Virus record (IMG/VR): IMGVR_UViG_3300042934_000354
Source of the DNA: an uncultured virus (IMG/VR IMGVR_UViG_3300042934_000354)
Taxonomy: Duplodnaviria; Heunggongvirae; Uroviricota; Caudoviricetes
Strand: one strand, 5' to 3'
Length of the DNA: 64,000 nt
The translations under genes were made by a program, and so were the position numbers. Below, one piece after another: positions 45,038-54,987 of this stretch. How positions within the stretch are numbered: position 1 is the first letter of the stretch; every line of letters starts with the position of its first letter. The notes beneath the pieces are model-generated. The model was not told the DNA's origin. It saw only the letters and a program-made list of their open reading frames with translations, and made no database searches.

Positions 45038-46546
45038 ATGGCGACAACGTTAGGAAATGGCGTAGTGGACTACAACACAGCCGCAGCAGAAGCCAAGAAG
45101 AAACTCGTGCAGAATCAACTAAAGATCAACAATGATCCCGGATATGTAGCCAGTGAGCAGCAACGAGCCTTACAGGTGATTGCGCAGCGACAAGCACAGG
45201 GACTGGACACCAGCGGCCAACAGAAGTACCTCACGCAGCAGCTTGGGTACAAAGCTCCGGCAGCAACTACAACCGCAGCACCGGCAGCGCCAGCGGTCGC
45301 AGCGCCTAAGACAAATGCACAGCAAGGATCTGATTACATGGCACAGATGGCGGCTATAGCTAACCGTCAGGTCACACCGTTTTCGTATGATCCCGAAACT
45401 GATCCAGCCTACCAAGCAGCATTGAAACGAGCCAGCGCGAATATTGATGCTGGAACCTCGCAGGTACAAGCAGAAATGAATCGGAGAAATATTCTGAATA
45501 GTTCTATCACGACTGATAGATCCGCAGAAATAGGTGCTTTAGAAAAAGCTAACGTGGAGACAACCGTCCTACCGCAGCTGATGCAGCAAGCTTACCAGAA
45601 ATATGCGGATCAATTGGCACAAGAGCAGCAGCAGTTCGCTAACCTTGGCACTGTAGCGAATTCCTACCTCAGTGAGGATCAACGTGCTATCGATAACACC
45701 AATACCACCGCAGGGCTCACGGGTAACCTGCCGGGCGGCGAGCAGGCGCAGCAGCTTTACTCTCAACTAATGTCCCTGAAGCAGCAGGCCGAGGCTAAAG
45801 GCATCACCGCAGCAGACCGCAGCAAGTTAAGCAATCAGGCTGACGGTATCCGGGCTATGCTGTCTACCATGGGCGTGGATATCAGCAAACTGGGAGCGAA
45901 TACAAACTCCGTCACAGCAGGACAGATCACACCAACTATTCGCACGCTGGCCGGACAGAACCAGGACTTGGCAGCACAGAATCAGACATTTAACCAAGCC
46001 ACTCAGACCCGCCAACTGGATACAGCGGATAAGCAGTACGGTGAACAGTTTGCTTACACTAAAGCGCGTGATGCCATCTCTGATAAGCAATGGCAGGCTA
46101 AGTTTGACGAGGATGTACGACAAAACGGCCTGAGTTATGGCCTACAGCAATTGTCACAGCAGAATGATCAGGCATACCGTCAAGCTCAATTGGCGCTCTC
46201 CCAGGACGATAACGCCCGGGCATGGGCTACGCTTGATTATGACCAGTCACAACCGGGATCAACAAAGACCAGCAGTTTAACGCCTAACCAAGTATTAGAA
46301 AGTGTGAAATCATTGTATTCTGAACCTATTTACACGACAGGAACAGAATATGACGCTAATGGTGAATTGGTCCAGAAAGATACTGGAAAAACAAAAATCA
46401 CAACAGATTCTGGGAAAAGAAAACAAATGTTTGAAACTGTTGTTGACTATGGGCTAAGTGATTCAGAGACCAATCAAATTCTTTTATCACTTGGCATGAC
46501 CAAGAAAGAAATTGATTCACTCATTAAGCAATATTCGGGGGAGTAA
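45038..46546 (+). CDS. Putative internal virion/DNA ejection protein
   Basis: SD before ATG 45038; homolog of 1901-3505; ends TCG GGG GAG TAA. Confidence 0.72.
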   Translation: MATTLGNGVVDYNTAAAEAKKKLVQNQLKINNDPGYVASEQQRALQVIAQRQAQGLDTSGQQKYLTQQLGYKAPAATTTAAPAAPAVAAPKTNAQQGSDYMAQMAAIANRQVTPFSYDPETDPAYQAALKRASANIDAGTSQVQAEMNRRNILNSSITTDRSAEIGALEKANVETTVLPQLMQQAYQKYADQLAQEQQQFANLGTVANSYLSEDQRAIDNTNTTAGLTGNLPGGEQAQQLYSQLMSLKQQAEAKGITAADRSKLSNQADGIRAMLSTMGVDISKLGANTNSVTAGQITPTIRTLAGQNQDLAAQNQTFNQATQTRQLDTADKQYGEQFAYTKARDAISDKQWQAKFDEDVRQNGLSYGLQQLSQQNDQAYRQAQLALSQDDNARAWATLDYDQSQPGSTKTSSLTPNQVLESVKSLYSEPIYTTGTEYDANGELVQKDTGKTKITTDSGKRKQMFETVVDYGLSDSETNQILLSLGMTKKEIDSLIKQYSGE

Positions 46547-46962
46547 CGTCCGGCGTAGCATCCGTTAAGGTGCCGACAAAATACGCCGGAGTAATATCGT
46601 CGGCAACAAGTAAGTATGGACTACCAGATGGGTTGCTTGCTGCTGTCGCCAGTGCGGAGTCTAGCTTCAATCCTAACGCAACCAACAGCAAGAGCGGAGC
46701 CTCAGGCATGTTCCAGTTCATGCCAGCGACAGCCAAGGGCTACAATATTGATCCATACAACGTGAATCAAGCTGCAGACGCCGCTGGGAAAATGTTGAAC
46801 GGACTCATTGCCAAGTATGATGGAGATGTTTCCAAAGCACTGGCAGGCTACAACTGGGGCGGTGGGAATGTAGACAAGGCAGTAAAGAAATACGGCAACA
46901 ATTGGTTACAACATGCGCCTACAGAAACAAAGAACTACATCAAAAAAATATTAGGACGGTGA
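46543..46962 (+). CDS. Lytic transglycosylase (SLT/GH23) domain, probably a -1 frameshift extension
   Basis: AESSFNPNA...GASGMFQFMP.TA...ALAGYNWG...ETKNY; frame open from the slip site; no SD at GTG 46570. Confidence 0.85.
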   Translation, partial: VTSGVASVKVPTKYAGVISSATSKYGLPDGLLAAVASAESSFNPNATNSKSGASGMFQFMPATAKGYNIDPYNVNQAADAAGKMLNGLIAKYDGDVSKALAGYNWGGGNVDKAVKKYGNNWLQHAPTETKNYIKKILGR

Positions 46963-46966
46963 GGAA

Positions 46967-49900
46967 ATGGCCACTTTTGACGCAGTTCGCAATCGAAAAA
47001 GGGGTGAAGAGGCCAAGCAGCGCGTGCTGTCTCGGACCTATTCACCTGCAGAGGAACAGCCAGAAAGTTCATTTTCTGCCGTCCGTAATCGAAAGGTTAC
47101 AGATACAACATCTACAGACTCAGCAGAATCATCCAGAACAAAGGAGATCCTTGGTGACACACTGGCAGGAGTCGGTATTGGTTCACAGCCGCAGGGATTC
47201 AACACTACTCCGGATCCGCAGAAGACGATTGATTTCAAAGCAGAACAATCTAAGAAAAACGCATCTGTATTTCAGGATAAGCTACCGGCCGCCAACCTGA
47301 TCCAAACCGGCCAGGGAGTTCAATCCACACTGAAGGATAAAGTTCCAGCAGCCAACCTCGTGCAGCAGACCGGACGCGGACCGGCTAATGCTTCAAACAT
47401 CCCTGGAGTTTCGCAATATGAGATCACCAAGAAAGAAATAGCCAACGACTCTGTGCCGTACGCAGTTAAAGCATACGCGAATATCATGAACTACATCACA
47501 CAGGGTAATCCAGCAGTGGTGGCGGTGTCCCGGGCTTTTGCTGGTAACTCTGGTGCGACCCGTAGAGACACTACAAAATTCCCTGTAATTGACAAGGTGA
47601 CCGATGCAATTAACAACTTTGTGACACCTTTTGTGACACCTACAGGTGCGCCAGTGGGCCAAGGCATTATCGGATCAACGTATGGAGCGACAGAGAAGGC
47701 GTTGAGCGGTAAAGCTGGGCAATCCATTCTCAACGCAGCTAGCAAAGTTATTCCGGGTTCACAGAACGTTGCGCGTGTGACAGCCACAGAGGCGCTTGCA
47801 GGCGGCATGCAGGGTGTAGGATTCGGGCTGCAACAAGGACAAGACAGCGGCAACGAAATCGCCCGTAACGCCCTCTTAGGGACCGCGGCAGGCGGTGTAC
47901 TTGGTGGTATAGGCGCTGCAGCCAGCGAAGGACTCACATCTGCACTCAGCAAGATCATGAAGAGATCCGGCCGGGCAGATGATGAAGTCGCCGCAACGCT
48001 GGAAGAAGTATTTACACCTCGTCAGGCGGAGATTGTACCGCAAAGCGAAATCAGAAATAACCTGCCTGAAACGAATCCTTTAGCTCTGCCACAATCACCT
48101 GAACTGTTGGCACTACCACCTGGACGAAGTACAGCCACGACAGCACGTATTGAACAACGTACCAACGTGTACCGGCAGAAGTTCGAAAACCTTATTGCTG
48201 AAGCACAAAAGCGTCCATTAACACCGGGTCGCGAAGACTTGGAACTGGAGAACATATGGTCCCAAATGGCTGACCGCACGGATCCAAGCCTCAACGAACT
48301 GATTGATCTGGCTTATCCGAAACGTACCGCCGTTCCGCAGAAAGGTATGGTCGGCGCGGCCCGAGCCAATCAAGAAATGCGCGAGGTGGCAGGTGTAGGA
48401 AACCCAGTTAAAAGTTCAGCTCCGCAGGTGTTTGCTGATGCTGCTGCACCAACGCAGGTATTGGGCAGAAGGGGTTCGGTTGGTACGTCATCCGAAGGGA
48501 CGATCAGAAGCAGCACTTTGACGCGTGAACAGGAAATCATGAACAAGGTCAATGCAAAGCAGCCTCTGACGCAAGCAGACATTGAGTTTGCCCAAAGTGC
48601 GGAGTTTGATAAAAACAAGTTATTCCCTGAGTCCACGCCTGAGAAATCAACCTATGCCAAAGCGAGACCAGCACAGCCGGAAGTAAAGTCACCTTCTAAG
48701 CCAGAACCGGTAATGAAATCAACTCCGAAAAATGAGGTTCAGGAAGTTGAAGAAGCTATCAAAGCTGTCAATCAGCCTAATGTCCGGGACAAGGTTTACT
48801 CTTACCTGGATGAAGCAGAAAAGGCAGCTAGAGAGCGCATAGCCAAGCGCAAAGGATATCTGAACTCCAGTCCTTTGCCGGAGTGGGCGGACTACGCGGT
48901 GATTATGGCGGCCAAACTCGGTAAGGGAACAATCAAGGTCGCGAACTTCACAGAGGAACTGGTTAAGGAATTCGGTGAATCTGCCCGGCCACATGCAGAA
49001 AAAATACTTCGTATGAGCCGGGAGGAACTGCGTAAACAGGAACGATTGGCGAGTAAAGAAGGTAAATCAGCAGTTGAATTCAATGCTAAACCTGAAGGTG
49101 ATGCCGCCTCGTTCGCTGAGAAAATCAGCCGTAACGCACCGAAAAAGTCAACTCCATTTGCGGAACGGTGGCAAAAGTGGCGTACACAGACTACAGACGA
49201 CCTAGCAGCCTTGGAGACGGTCGAAAAGAACGTTCGTGGTGGAAAGTTATCCAGCGCAGAAGACAGCCTTTATAAGGCAGCTAGAATGTTCAAAGGAGCG
49301 CCGGAACGTGCCAGCCAAATTGTGCAGGACCGATTAGGATCGGTAATCAATAAGGTTGAACAGGCCGGAAACTCCGTGGAGGACCTAGAATTGTATGCTC
49401 TTGCTAAACATGCACAGGATGTGAATGCAGCCGGATATAAATCTGGATTTACTAACCAAGAAATCAAGTCCATTCTGAATGAATTCGGATCTGATGAAAT
49501 GAAAGCAGCACAGCAAGAACTGGTTAAGGTAAACCGCGATATGCTGAAAGAATTGTTGGACAGTGGGGTAGTTTCACAAGAACTATATGATGTGCTGGGC
49601 GAACGTTGGAAGAATTACATTCCGTTGTTCCGAGAAATGGATAATGAAAAGGTAGGGTTCGGCGATGGACTGTCGAGCGCACTTGCCAATGTAACCAGCC
49701 CGATCAAGGCGCTGCAGGGGTCGGAACGAAAGGTCATTGCACCACTGGAAAACATGGTGAAGAACATCTTCCAGAGTGTTAATGCGGCAGAACGAAACAA
49801 GGTGGCTCAGCAGATTACGAAGCTTGCTGAACTGGACGAGAACGGGACATATATCCGCAAACTCACCAATGCTGAACAAGTTGGAGAGAAAAACGTAGTC

Positions 49901-51514
49901 AAGGTTAAAGTCGATGGCAAGGAAGTTCGGTACGAGGTGCAGCCAGAGGTATACAAAGCTCTGATGAACCTTGATCAAGAGTCCAGTAATACGCTGATGA
50001 ACATCCTATCTAAGCCTGCCAGTCTACTACGTGCCGGAGCTACCATAACACCAGAGTTCGCGCTTCGAAACCCGATCCGAGATATTAACAACGCCTTTGT
50101 TGTCTCAGAGAGTGGCTTCAATCCTATTACTGACTTTGGTGCCGGTCTGATACAGACAATCAAGAAGGGACCTCTGTATAAGGACTGGATTGATAACCTG
50201 GGAGCTTACGGTAATACACTTTCGCTGGATAGAAATGTCCACAAAAAAGCCTTAGAAACCGTACTGAAGCAGCCAAATTCAAAGAAATTTGTCAATTTGG
50301 TGAATGGAAAATCACTCATCGGACTGCTGAGGTCGATTTCAGACACAACCGAATCAGCAACTAAGGTCGGAGAGTACCGGGCTGCGCTACGTTCCGGCGC
50401 GAGCAAACAAGAGGCAGCGTATCGTTCGAGGGATTTGATGGACTTTGCCAGGGCAGGATCTAGCATACGCCCAACTAATAGAATAGTTGCTTTTTTGAAT
50501 GCAAACATTCAGGGGAAATCAAAACTTATCCGAGCTATTAAAAACGATTGGGTTGGCGTTACTACTCGAGGGATTGTATCGGTAACGGTTCCGACAATTG
50601 GGATATTCATCTTGAACCACAAGTATGCTAACGATACACAGAAATCCACCATCAGCAACGCCCCGGACTGGATGAAGGATTCATTCTGGTTGATGGCCAT
50701 ACCTGGAACGGATACAGTAGCGCGAATACCAAAACCATTCGATCTGGCAACATTGTTTGCAAATTTGCCAGAAAAAGCACTGTCTTTTGTTTTGGATAAA
50801 GATCCTGAAGCATTCGATGGATATGTAAGGCGATCTATCAAAAGCAATGCTTTACCAACCCAAATATCCGGTATACTGCCAGTAATTGAAGGGATGTCTA
50901 ACTATTCATTCTTTAAGGAAGGATCAATTATTCCTAAGGCAGAGCAAGGATTACAGTACAAAGACCAGTACGATCCGGTTCGCACCACATCTACGGCCCG
51001 GATTATTGCGGGAGGAGTAGATAAATTGACCGGAGGAAAGGGATCGTTCAAGAACTTCAGCTCTCCGCGGGTGATCGATAATACACTGCAGGGCCTGACG
51101 GCTGGACTTGGTAAATATGCCACCGATGCCATTGATATCATTCTTGATAAAACAGGAGCATATGAACGAACCACAAAGCCAGCAAAGTCCATTGAACAAG
51201 CGCCGTTCACAAGATCGTTTCTGGTTGATCCAAATCAGGGCGGCAAGGCTATGGATAAATTTTATTCATTGAAAGACAAACTCACGAAGGAAAAGTCTTC
51301 CTCCAAACTGAATAAGGTTCCGTTCAAAAAACTGAGCGAATTGGAACGGATCAATAATGTTTCCGAAGTAGTGAGCGACATAAATAAATCGATCAAGGCT
51401 ATAGAACGTGGTGAATTGTCAGCCAAGGAAAAGCAATTAAAGATTGAACCTTTAATCAAACGCCGGAATGACTTAGTGCAGCGCGTCACACAAAGCCTGA
51501 AGGACAAAAAATAA
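46967..51514 (+). CDS. Large ejection/polyvalent protein with LPD38-like region
   Basis: 1515 aa; RDLMDFARAG...FLNANIQG, RIPKPF motifs. Confidence 0.75.
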   Translation: MATFDAVRNRKRGEEAKQRVLSRTYSPAEEQPESSFSAVRNRKVTDTTSTDSAESSRTKEILGDTLAGVGIGSQPQGFNTTPDPQKTIDFKAEQSKKNASVFQDKLPAANLIQTGQGVQSTLKDKVPAANLVQQTGRGPANASNIPGVSQYEITKKEIANDSVPYAVKAYANIMNYITQGNPAVVAVSRAFAGNSGATRRDTTKFPVIDKVTDAINNFVTPFVTPTGAPVGQGIIGSTYGATEKALSGKAGQSILNAASKVIPGSQNVARVTATEALAGGMQGVGFGLQQGQDSGNEIARNALLGTAAGGVLGGIGAAASEGLTSALSKIMKRSGRADDEVAATLEEVFTPRQAEIVPQSEIRNNLPETNPLALPQSPELLALPPGRSTATTARIEQRTNVYRQKFENLIAEAQKRPLTPGREDLELENIWSQMADRTDPSLNELIDLAYPKRTAVPQKGMVGAARANQEMREVAGVGNPVKSSAPQVFADAAAPTQVLGRRGSVGTSSEGTIRSSTLTREQEIMNKVNAKQPLTQADIEFAQSAEFDKNKLFPESTPEKSTYAKARPAQPEVKSPSKPEPVMKSTPKNEVQEVEEAIKAVNQPNVRDKVYSYLDEAEKAARERIAKRKGYLNSSPLPEWADYAVIMAAKLGKGTIKVANFTEELVKEFGESARPHAEKILRMSREELRKQERLASKEGKSAVEFNAKPEGDAASFAEKISRNAPKKSTPFAERWQKWRTQTTDDLAALETVEKNVRGGKLSSAEDSLYKAARMFKGAPERASQIVQDRLGSVINKVEQAGNSVEDLELYALAKHAQDVNAAGYKSGFTNQEIKSILNEFGSDEMKAAQQELVKVNRDMLKELLDSGVVSQELYDVLGERWKNYIPLFREMDNEKVGFGDGLSSALANVTSPIKALQGSERKVIAPLENMVKNIFQSVNAAERNKVAQQITKLAELDENGTYIRKLTNAEQVGEKNVVKVKVDGKEVRYEVQPEVYKALMNLDQESSNTLMNILSKPASLLRAGATITPEFALRNPIRDINNAFVVSESGFNPITDFGAGLIQTIKKGPLYKDWIDNLGAYGNTLSLDRNVHKKALETVLKQPNSKKFVNLVNGKSLIGLLRSISDTTESATKVGEYRAALRSGASKQEAAYRSRDLMDFARAGSSIRPTNRIVAFLNANIQGKSKLIRAIKNDWVGVTTRGIVSVTVPTIGIFILNHKYANDTQKSTISNAPDWMKDSFWLMAIPGTDTVARIPKPFDLATLFANLPEKALSFVLDKDPEAFDGYVRRSIKSNALPTQISGILPVIEGMSNYSFFKEGSIIPKAEQGLQYKDQYDPVRTTSTARIIAGGVDKLTGGKGSFKNFSSPRVIDNTLQGLTAGLGKYATDAIDIILDKTGAYERTTKPAKSIEQAPFTRSFLVDPNQGGKAMDKFYSLKDKLTKEKSSSKLNKVPFKKLSELERINNVSEVVSDINKSIKAIERGELSAKEKQLKIEPLIKRRNDLVQRVTQSLKDKK

Positions 51515-51672
51515 TGGACAAATTAATGCAGTATGACGAAACCGAATTTCAAGACGGTCTAACCGCCTGGGCGCTGGACTGGATCACGCACCTATACGGG
51601 GCAGAGATGGCGGAGTTACTTGATCCGGAGGCGGTGCCAATCGATGTGGGGGACCATAGAGTCGCTGTATGA
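51514..51672 (+). CDS. Small acidic protein (52 aa) leading the lysis cassette
   Basis: TAATG coupling; homolog of 8383-8535. Confidence 0.55.
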   Translation: MDKLMQYDETEFQDGLTAWALDWITHLYGAEMAELLDPEAVPIDVGDHRVAV

Positions 51673-52858
51673 TCTGACGTACTTCATATTAAAGAACATG
51701 GAGGGCCTTAAATGGGAGGCCCTTTTGTTCTACCTATTTTACCTATACGGGAAACGCAGTGGTATGAAGATGTTCCGGAAGTTTCTGCAGGGACACTTCC
51801 CCTACCTTGCTGACGAAAATGAGGACTGGCGCAGATGGGCAACGAACCAAATCGAATTGTTAGGTGGTCGAAAATGGCAGCCAACGAAGCAGTATGGGCG
51901 TACCAAACGATTAAAGAGTCGGGCAGCGGAGAGCTCAACTATATCATTGACCTTATCACTGGAGGACACCCTCCGGGAAGGAGTGTTAAAGATGGCGAAG
52001 AAAAAAGTCAAAAAAGTAAAGATAGACCCGGGACACGGGGGGCATGACTCAGGAGCGATCAGCATCACCGGTGTGAAAGAAAAGGATATCAACCTTGCAA
52101 CGGCGCTGAAAATCGCTGAACTGCTCAAGCCAAACCCCAACATTGAATGTACTTTAACCCGGGACACAGACGTATTCATCGGTCTGAGCGAACGGGCGAA
52201 AATGGCGAATAAAGATAATGTTGATGCGTTCATTTCCATCCACGTGAATAGTTTCAAAGACACATCTACTGGCACCGAGACAGAATACACGCGGACCGGT
52301 GAGAGCGAGAAGTTGGCAAAGATTGTGCAGAAGCACCTGGTAAAGGCTACAGGCTTCAAGGATCGCGGCATTAACAAATACAACCTTGCAGTGACCAGGG
52401 AGACGACCATGGCCGCAGCGCTGACAGAGCCGGGCTATTTAAGCAACCCTGCGGAGGAACTGATATTGGTTTCCCCTGACTTCATCCCGCGCTATGCAGA
52501 GGCTGTAGCCCGGGGAGTATGCGAGTATCTGGAAATCCAATATGAGGCTGTTCCATCAAATACAAACCCAGTTACCGTACGCATCGGCGGCCTGGACATT
52601 GAGCAGCCGGGTATTATCATCGATGGCCGCAGCTGGGTACCGGCTAAGCTCACCTTAGGGATGTTGGGCTTCCTGCAATGGACCTTTTCAAACAAGACGA
52701 TCTTAATCAACGGAACACCGGTGGAGACCAAGATATACAACAATACCAGTTATATCCGATCTACGGACCTTATGACGCTCGGCCTAATCCGCAGCGTGTT
52801 TATGGAGCCGGACGCATCCAATCCAAAAAGAGTATTGATCATTCCGAAGGAGGGGTAA
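51644..52858 (+). CDS. Amidase_3 endolysin with in-frame N-terminal extension; internal start at 51992
   Basis: IDPGHGG, EKDINL, SIHVN, TEPGY; SDs before ATG 51644 and ATG 51992. Confidence 0.9.
   Translation: MWGTIESLYDLTYFILKNMEGLKWEALLFYLFYLYGKRSGMKMFRKFLQGHFPYLADENEDWRRWATNQIELLGGRKWQPTKQYGRTKRLKSRAAESSTISLTLSLEDTLREGVLKMAKKKVKKVKIDPGHGGHDSGAISITGVKEKDINLATALKIAELLKPNPNIECTLTRDTDVFIGLSERAKMANKDNVDAFISIHVNSFKDTSTGTETEYTRTGESEKLAKIVQKHLVKATGFKDRGINKYNLAVTRETTMAAALTEPGYLSNPAEELILVSPDFIPRYAEAVARGVCEYLEIQYEAVPSNTNPVTVRIGGLDIEQPGIIIDGRSWVPAKLTLGMLGFLQWTFSNKTILINGTPVETKIYNNTSYIRSTDLMTLGLIRSVFMEPDASNPKRVLIIPKEG
51835..52047 (+). CDS. Overlapping -1-frame ORF (70 aa)
   Basis: Conserved with 8698-8874. 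Confidence 0.55.
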   Translation: MGNEPNRIVRWSKMAANEAVWAYQTIKESGSGELNYIIDLITGGHPPGRSVKDGEEKSQKSKDRPGTRGA

Positions 52859-52860
52859 CA

Positions 52861-53220
52861 ATGAAAGAAATTTGGGATCAAGTACAACCGCAGGTGGCTA
52901 CTGTTGTGGTTACGCTTATAGGGATAGCGGCTACTGTAGCCCTCTCTCTGCTGGCCGTATTGCAAAGTAAGGTAAAGATCTGGTTAGCAAGTAAAACATC
53001 CCTAGCAGAGCGTGAGCTGATCCACAAGATCGCTTTAGAGGCTTATGCTTTTGCCGAAAAGGAGTTCAAAACTCTGGGCGGACCGACCAAGCTTTCAGAA
53101 GCTTATAACTACGCATCTAGATTGTTAAACCAGTCCGGGATGCAAGTAGCGCCGGAAGAAATTAAAGCAGCAATCGAGAAAGCGGTGCTTGATTATAACC
53201 AGCCGAAAAAGTCCGCATGA
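52861..53220 (+). CDS. Holin, LL-H-like family
   Basis: One N-terminal TM segment; AYAFAE...K..EA......IKAAIEKAV; SD before ATG 52861. Confidence 0.8.
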   Translation: MKEIWDQVQPQVATVVVTLIGIAATVALSLLAVLQSKVKIWLASKTSLAERELIHKIALEAYAFAEKEFKTLGGPTKLSEAYNYASRLLNQSGMQVAPEEIKAAIEKAVLDYNQPKKSA

Positions 53221-53281
53221 CGAGTAGGCCATCCTTAACCGGGTGGCCTTTTTTACTTTATATATAGAAGAAAAACGCGTT

Positions 53282-53335
53282 ATCGTGTGCGTCTTGATAT
53301 CTATGGATTACCGAAGATAACAAACTACACACGAT
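53282..53335. other. attP-like serine-integrase site, central dinucleotide TT
   Basis: ATCGTGTG...TTGATATCTATGG-ATTA-CCGAAGATAACAA...CACACGAT. Confidence 0.75.
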
Positions 53336-54819
53336 TAATTGAAAATAACACTCTGAATGGATGCCGGAATGAACTTACCTTTTCGGGCATGTGCTTTCTC
53401 AAGAGGTGTGTATAACGTAATTTCTTTGAAGATATCCAGAATCATGTCGTGCTTATCCACATCGTCCATCTGGTCCCATACTTCCGGTAGGCCAAACAGG
53501 ATTTCGTTCTGCTCTGCATAATCCTCTATGTGGACGTCCGGCATTTTTGCAAGCTCTGCCATCAGTAATTCCTCATTCTGCTTCTCATCAGCGTTGTGAT
53601 CCCGCAGTTCCTCCTGAGAGATCAGATCATCGGCGTACATGCGCTGCCACTTCTTGCGCCGGTCCCGGACCTTTTCAAGCTCCCTCGCCAAGTCCTTGCG
53701 CAGATCAACGACCGGATCTTCTTCTGCAGTTGCGGCCAGTTCCCGGATAGCTGAATAATCTGTGGATAACCTTTCACCAATCCATTCCAGCAGCAACGAC
53801 TCCACTAACTCCTGGCGGAACATCGGCATGGTGCATCCTTTCCCCGTCTGCCGGCCGGAACAGATATAGGATAGGATCTTATTGTAGCTGCCATCCTGGC
53901 GTTTGTTCTGGTGGTACCGTCCGGACATCTTGCCCCCGCACTTGCTGCACTTCAGCACACCGGAGAACCAGTATTCCCGAACCTTTGAGTGTCCGGTGAA
54001 TGATCGGCGCTTCATTTCTTCCTTATGTTCCAAATACTCTTCCCAGGTAAAGGTTAAATCCTGTGGACCATCCACAATCAGCACATCCACTTGCTCTTCC
54101 ATCTTGCGATTTGTGTACTTGCCGTTTGCTTTCTTGGACCCATATCTCCGTTTACCGGCATAGTAAGGGTTGTCCAGTACATACCAAACGCTGAAGGATG
54201 TCCACCGATACCCGCGCCGAAGCAGTCCCATATCGTTCAGTTTGGTTGCCACTCCCTTTAACCCCAATCCCTCCAGGTAAAATTTCCTGACCAGCCTATT
54301 CTGTGTATATTCCTCTTGGACAAGCTTTTCATTCTTGTCATACCCGAAGTTAACCGGACCGCCCGGCCGCCGTCCCTCGTGCACCATTTGCTCCATACCC
54401 ATGCGTACACGCTCTGCCGTGTTCTCACGCTCCCACTGAGCGATGTCGGCCACGAGGCGGATAAATAGTCTACCTGTCGCCGTGCGCGTCTCAAACGACT
54501 CCGTACAGCTCTGAAACTTGACATTGTGGGACTCGAACATCTTAATAAGATTGTCACAGTCACTGGCGGACCGGGTCATGCGGTCAAGCTTGTACACGAG
54601 CACCACGTCAAAAGCATGTATCTCCACGTCTTTGATCATACGCTGCATCTCAGGGCGCTTCAGATCCTTCGCGGACCATCCATCATCAATGTATACATCT
54701 GATACTTCCCAGTCCTGAGAATCGGCGTAGGCCAGCAGACGGCGCTTCTGTGCGTCAATCGAGAAACCTTCAGCTGCTTGCTCGTCCGTGGATACCCGGA
54801 TGTATATACCTGCTTTCAC
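53335..54819 (-). CDS. int: Large serine recombinase (integrase)
   Basis: Same length as, and nearly identical to, 10632-12116. Confidence 0.96.
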   Translation of the reverse strand: MKAGIYIRVSTDEQAAEGFSIDAQKRRLLAYADSQDWEVSDVYIDDGWSAKDLKRPEMQRMIKDVEIHAFDVVLVYKLDRMTRSASDCDNLIKMFESHNVKFQSCTESFETRTATGRLFIRLVADIAQWERENTAERVRMGMEQMVHEGRRPGGPVNFGYDKNEKLVQEEYTQNRLVRKFYLEGLGLKGVATKLNDMGLLRRGYRWTSFSVWYVLDNPYYAGKRRYGSKKANGKYTNRKMEEQVDVLIVDGPQDLTFTWEEYLEHKEEMKRRSFTGHSKVREYWFSGVLKCSKCGGKMSGRYHQNKRQDGSYNKILSYICSGRQTGKGCTMPMFRQELVESLLLEWIGERLSTDYSAIRELAATAEEDPVVDLRKDLARELEKVRDRRKKWQRMYADDLISQEELRDHNADEKQNEELLMAELAKMPDVHIEDYAEQNEILFGLPEVWDQMDDVDKHDMILDIFKEITLYTPLEKAHARKGKFIPASIQSVIFN

Positions 54820-54987
54820 TAGATCACTCCTTAACTCTATCTATGTCTGTATTGTAGGGGAGGGGTAACAAAAAGACCATACTAATAGAGGTATGGAATA
54901 TTTCCCCTGTCATATTTTGTGGAATGATAACTTTATCGCAATAAAGTATGATTTAACTACCCACGTTTTGGGTAGGAGGGTGACATC

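Larger units (their letters stand above)
10606..53308 (+). mobile_element. Prophage unit P2, complete 42.7 kb podovirus-like temperate phage
   Basis: Integrase-immunity-replication-packaging-head-short tail-ejection-lysis order between two homologous att-like sites 42,703 bp apart; no tape measure, tail tube or sheath gene recognised. Confidence 0.92.
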
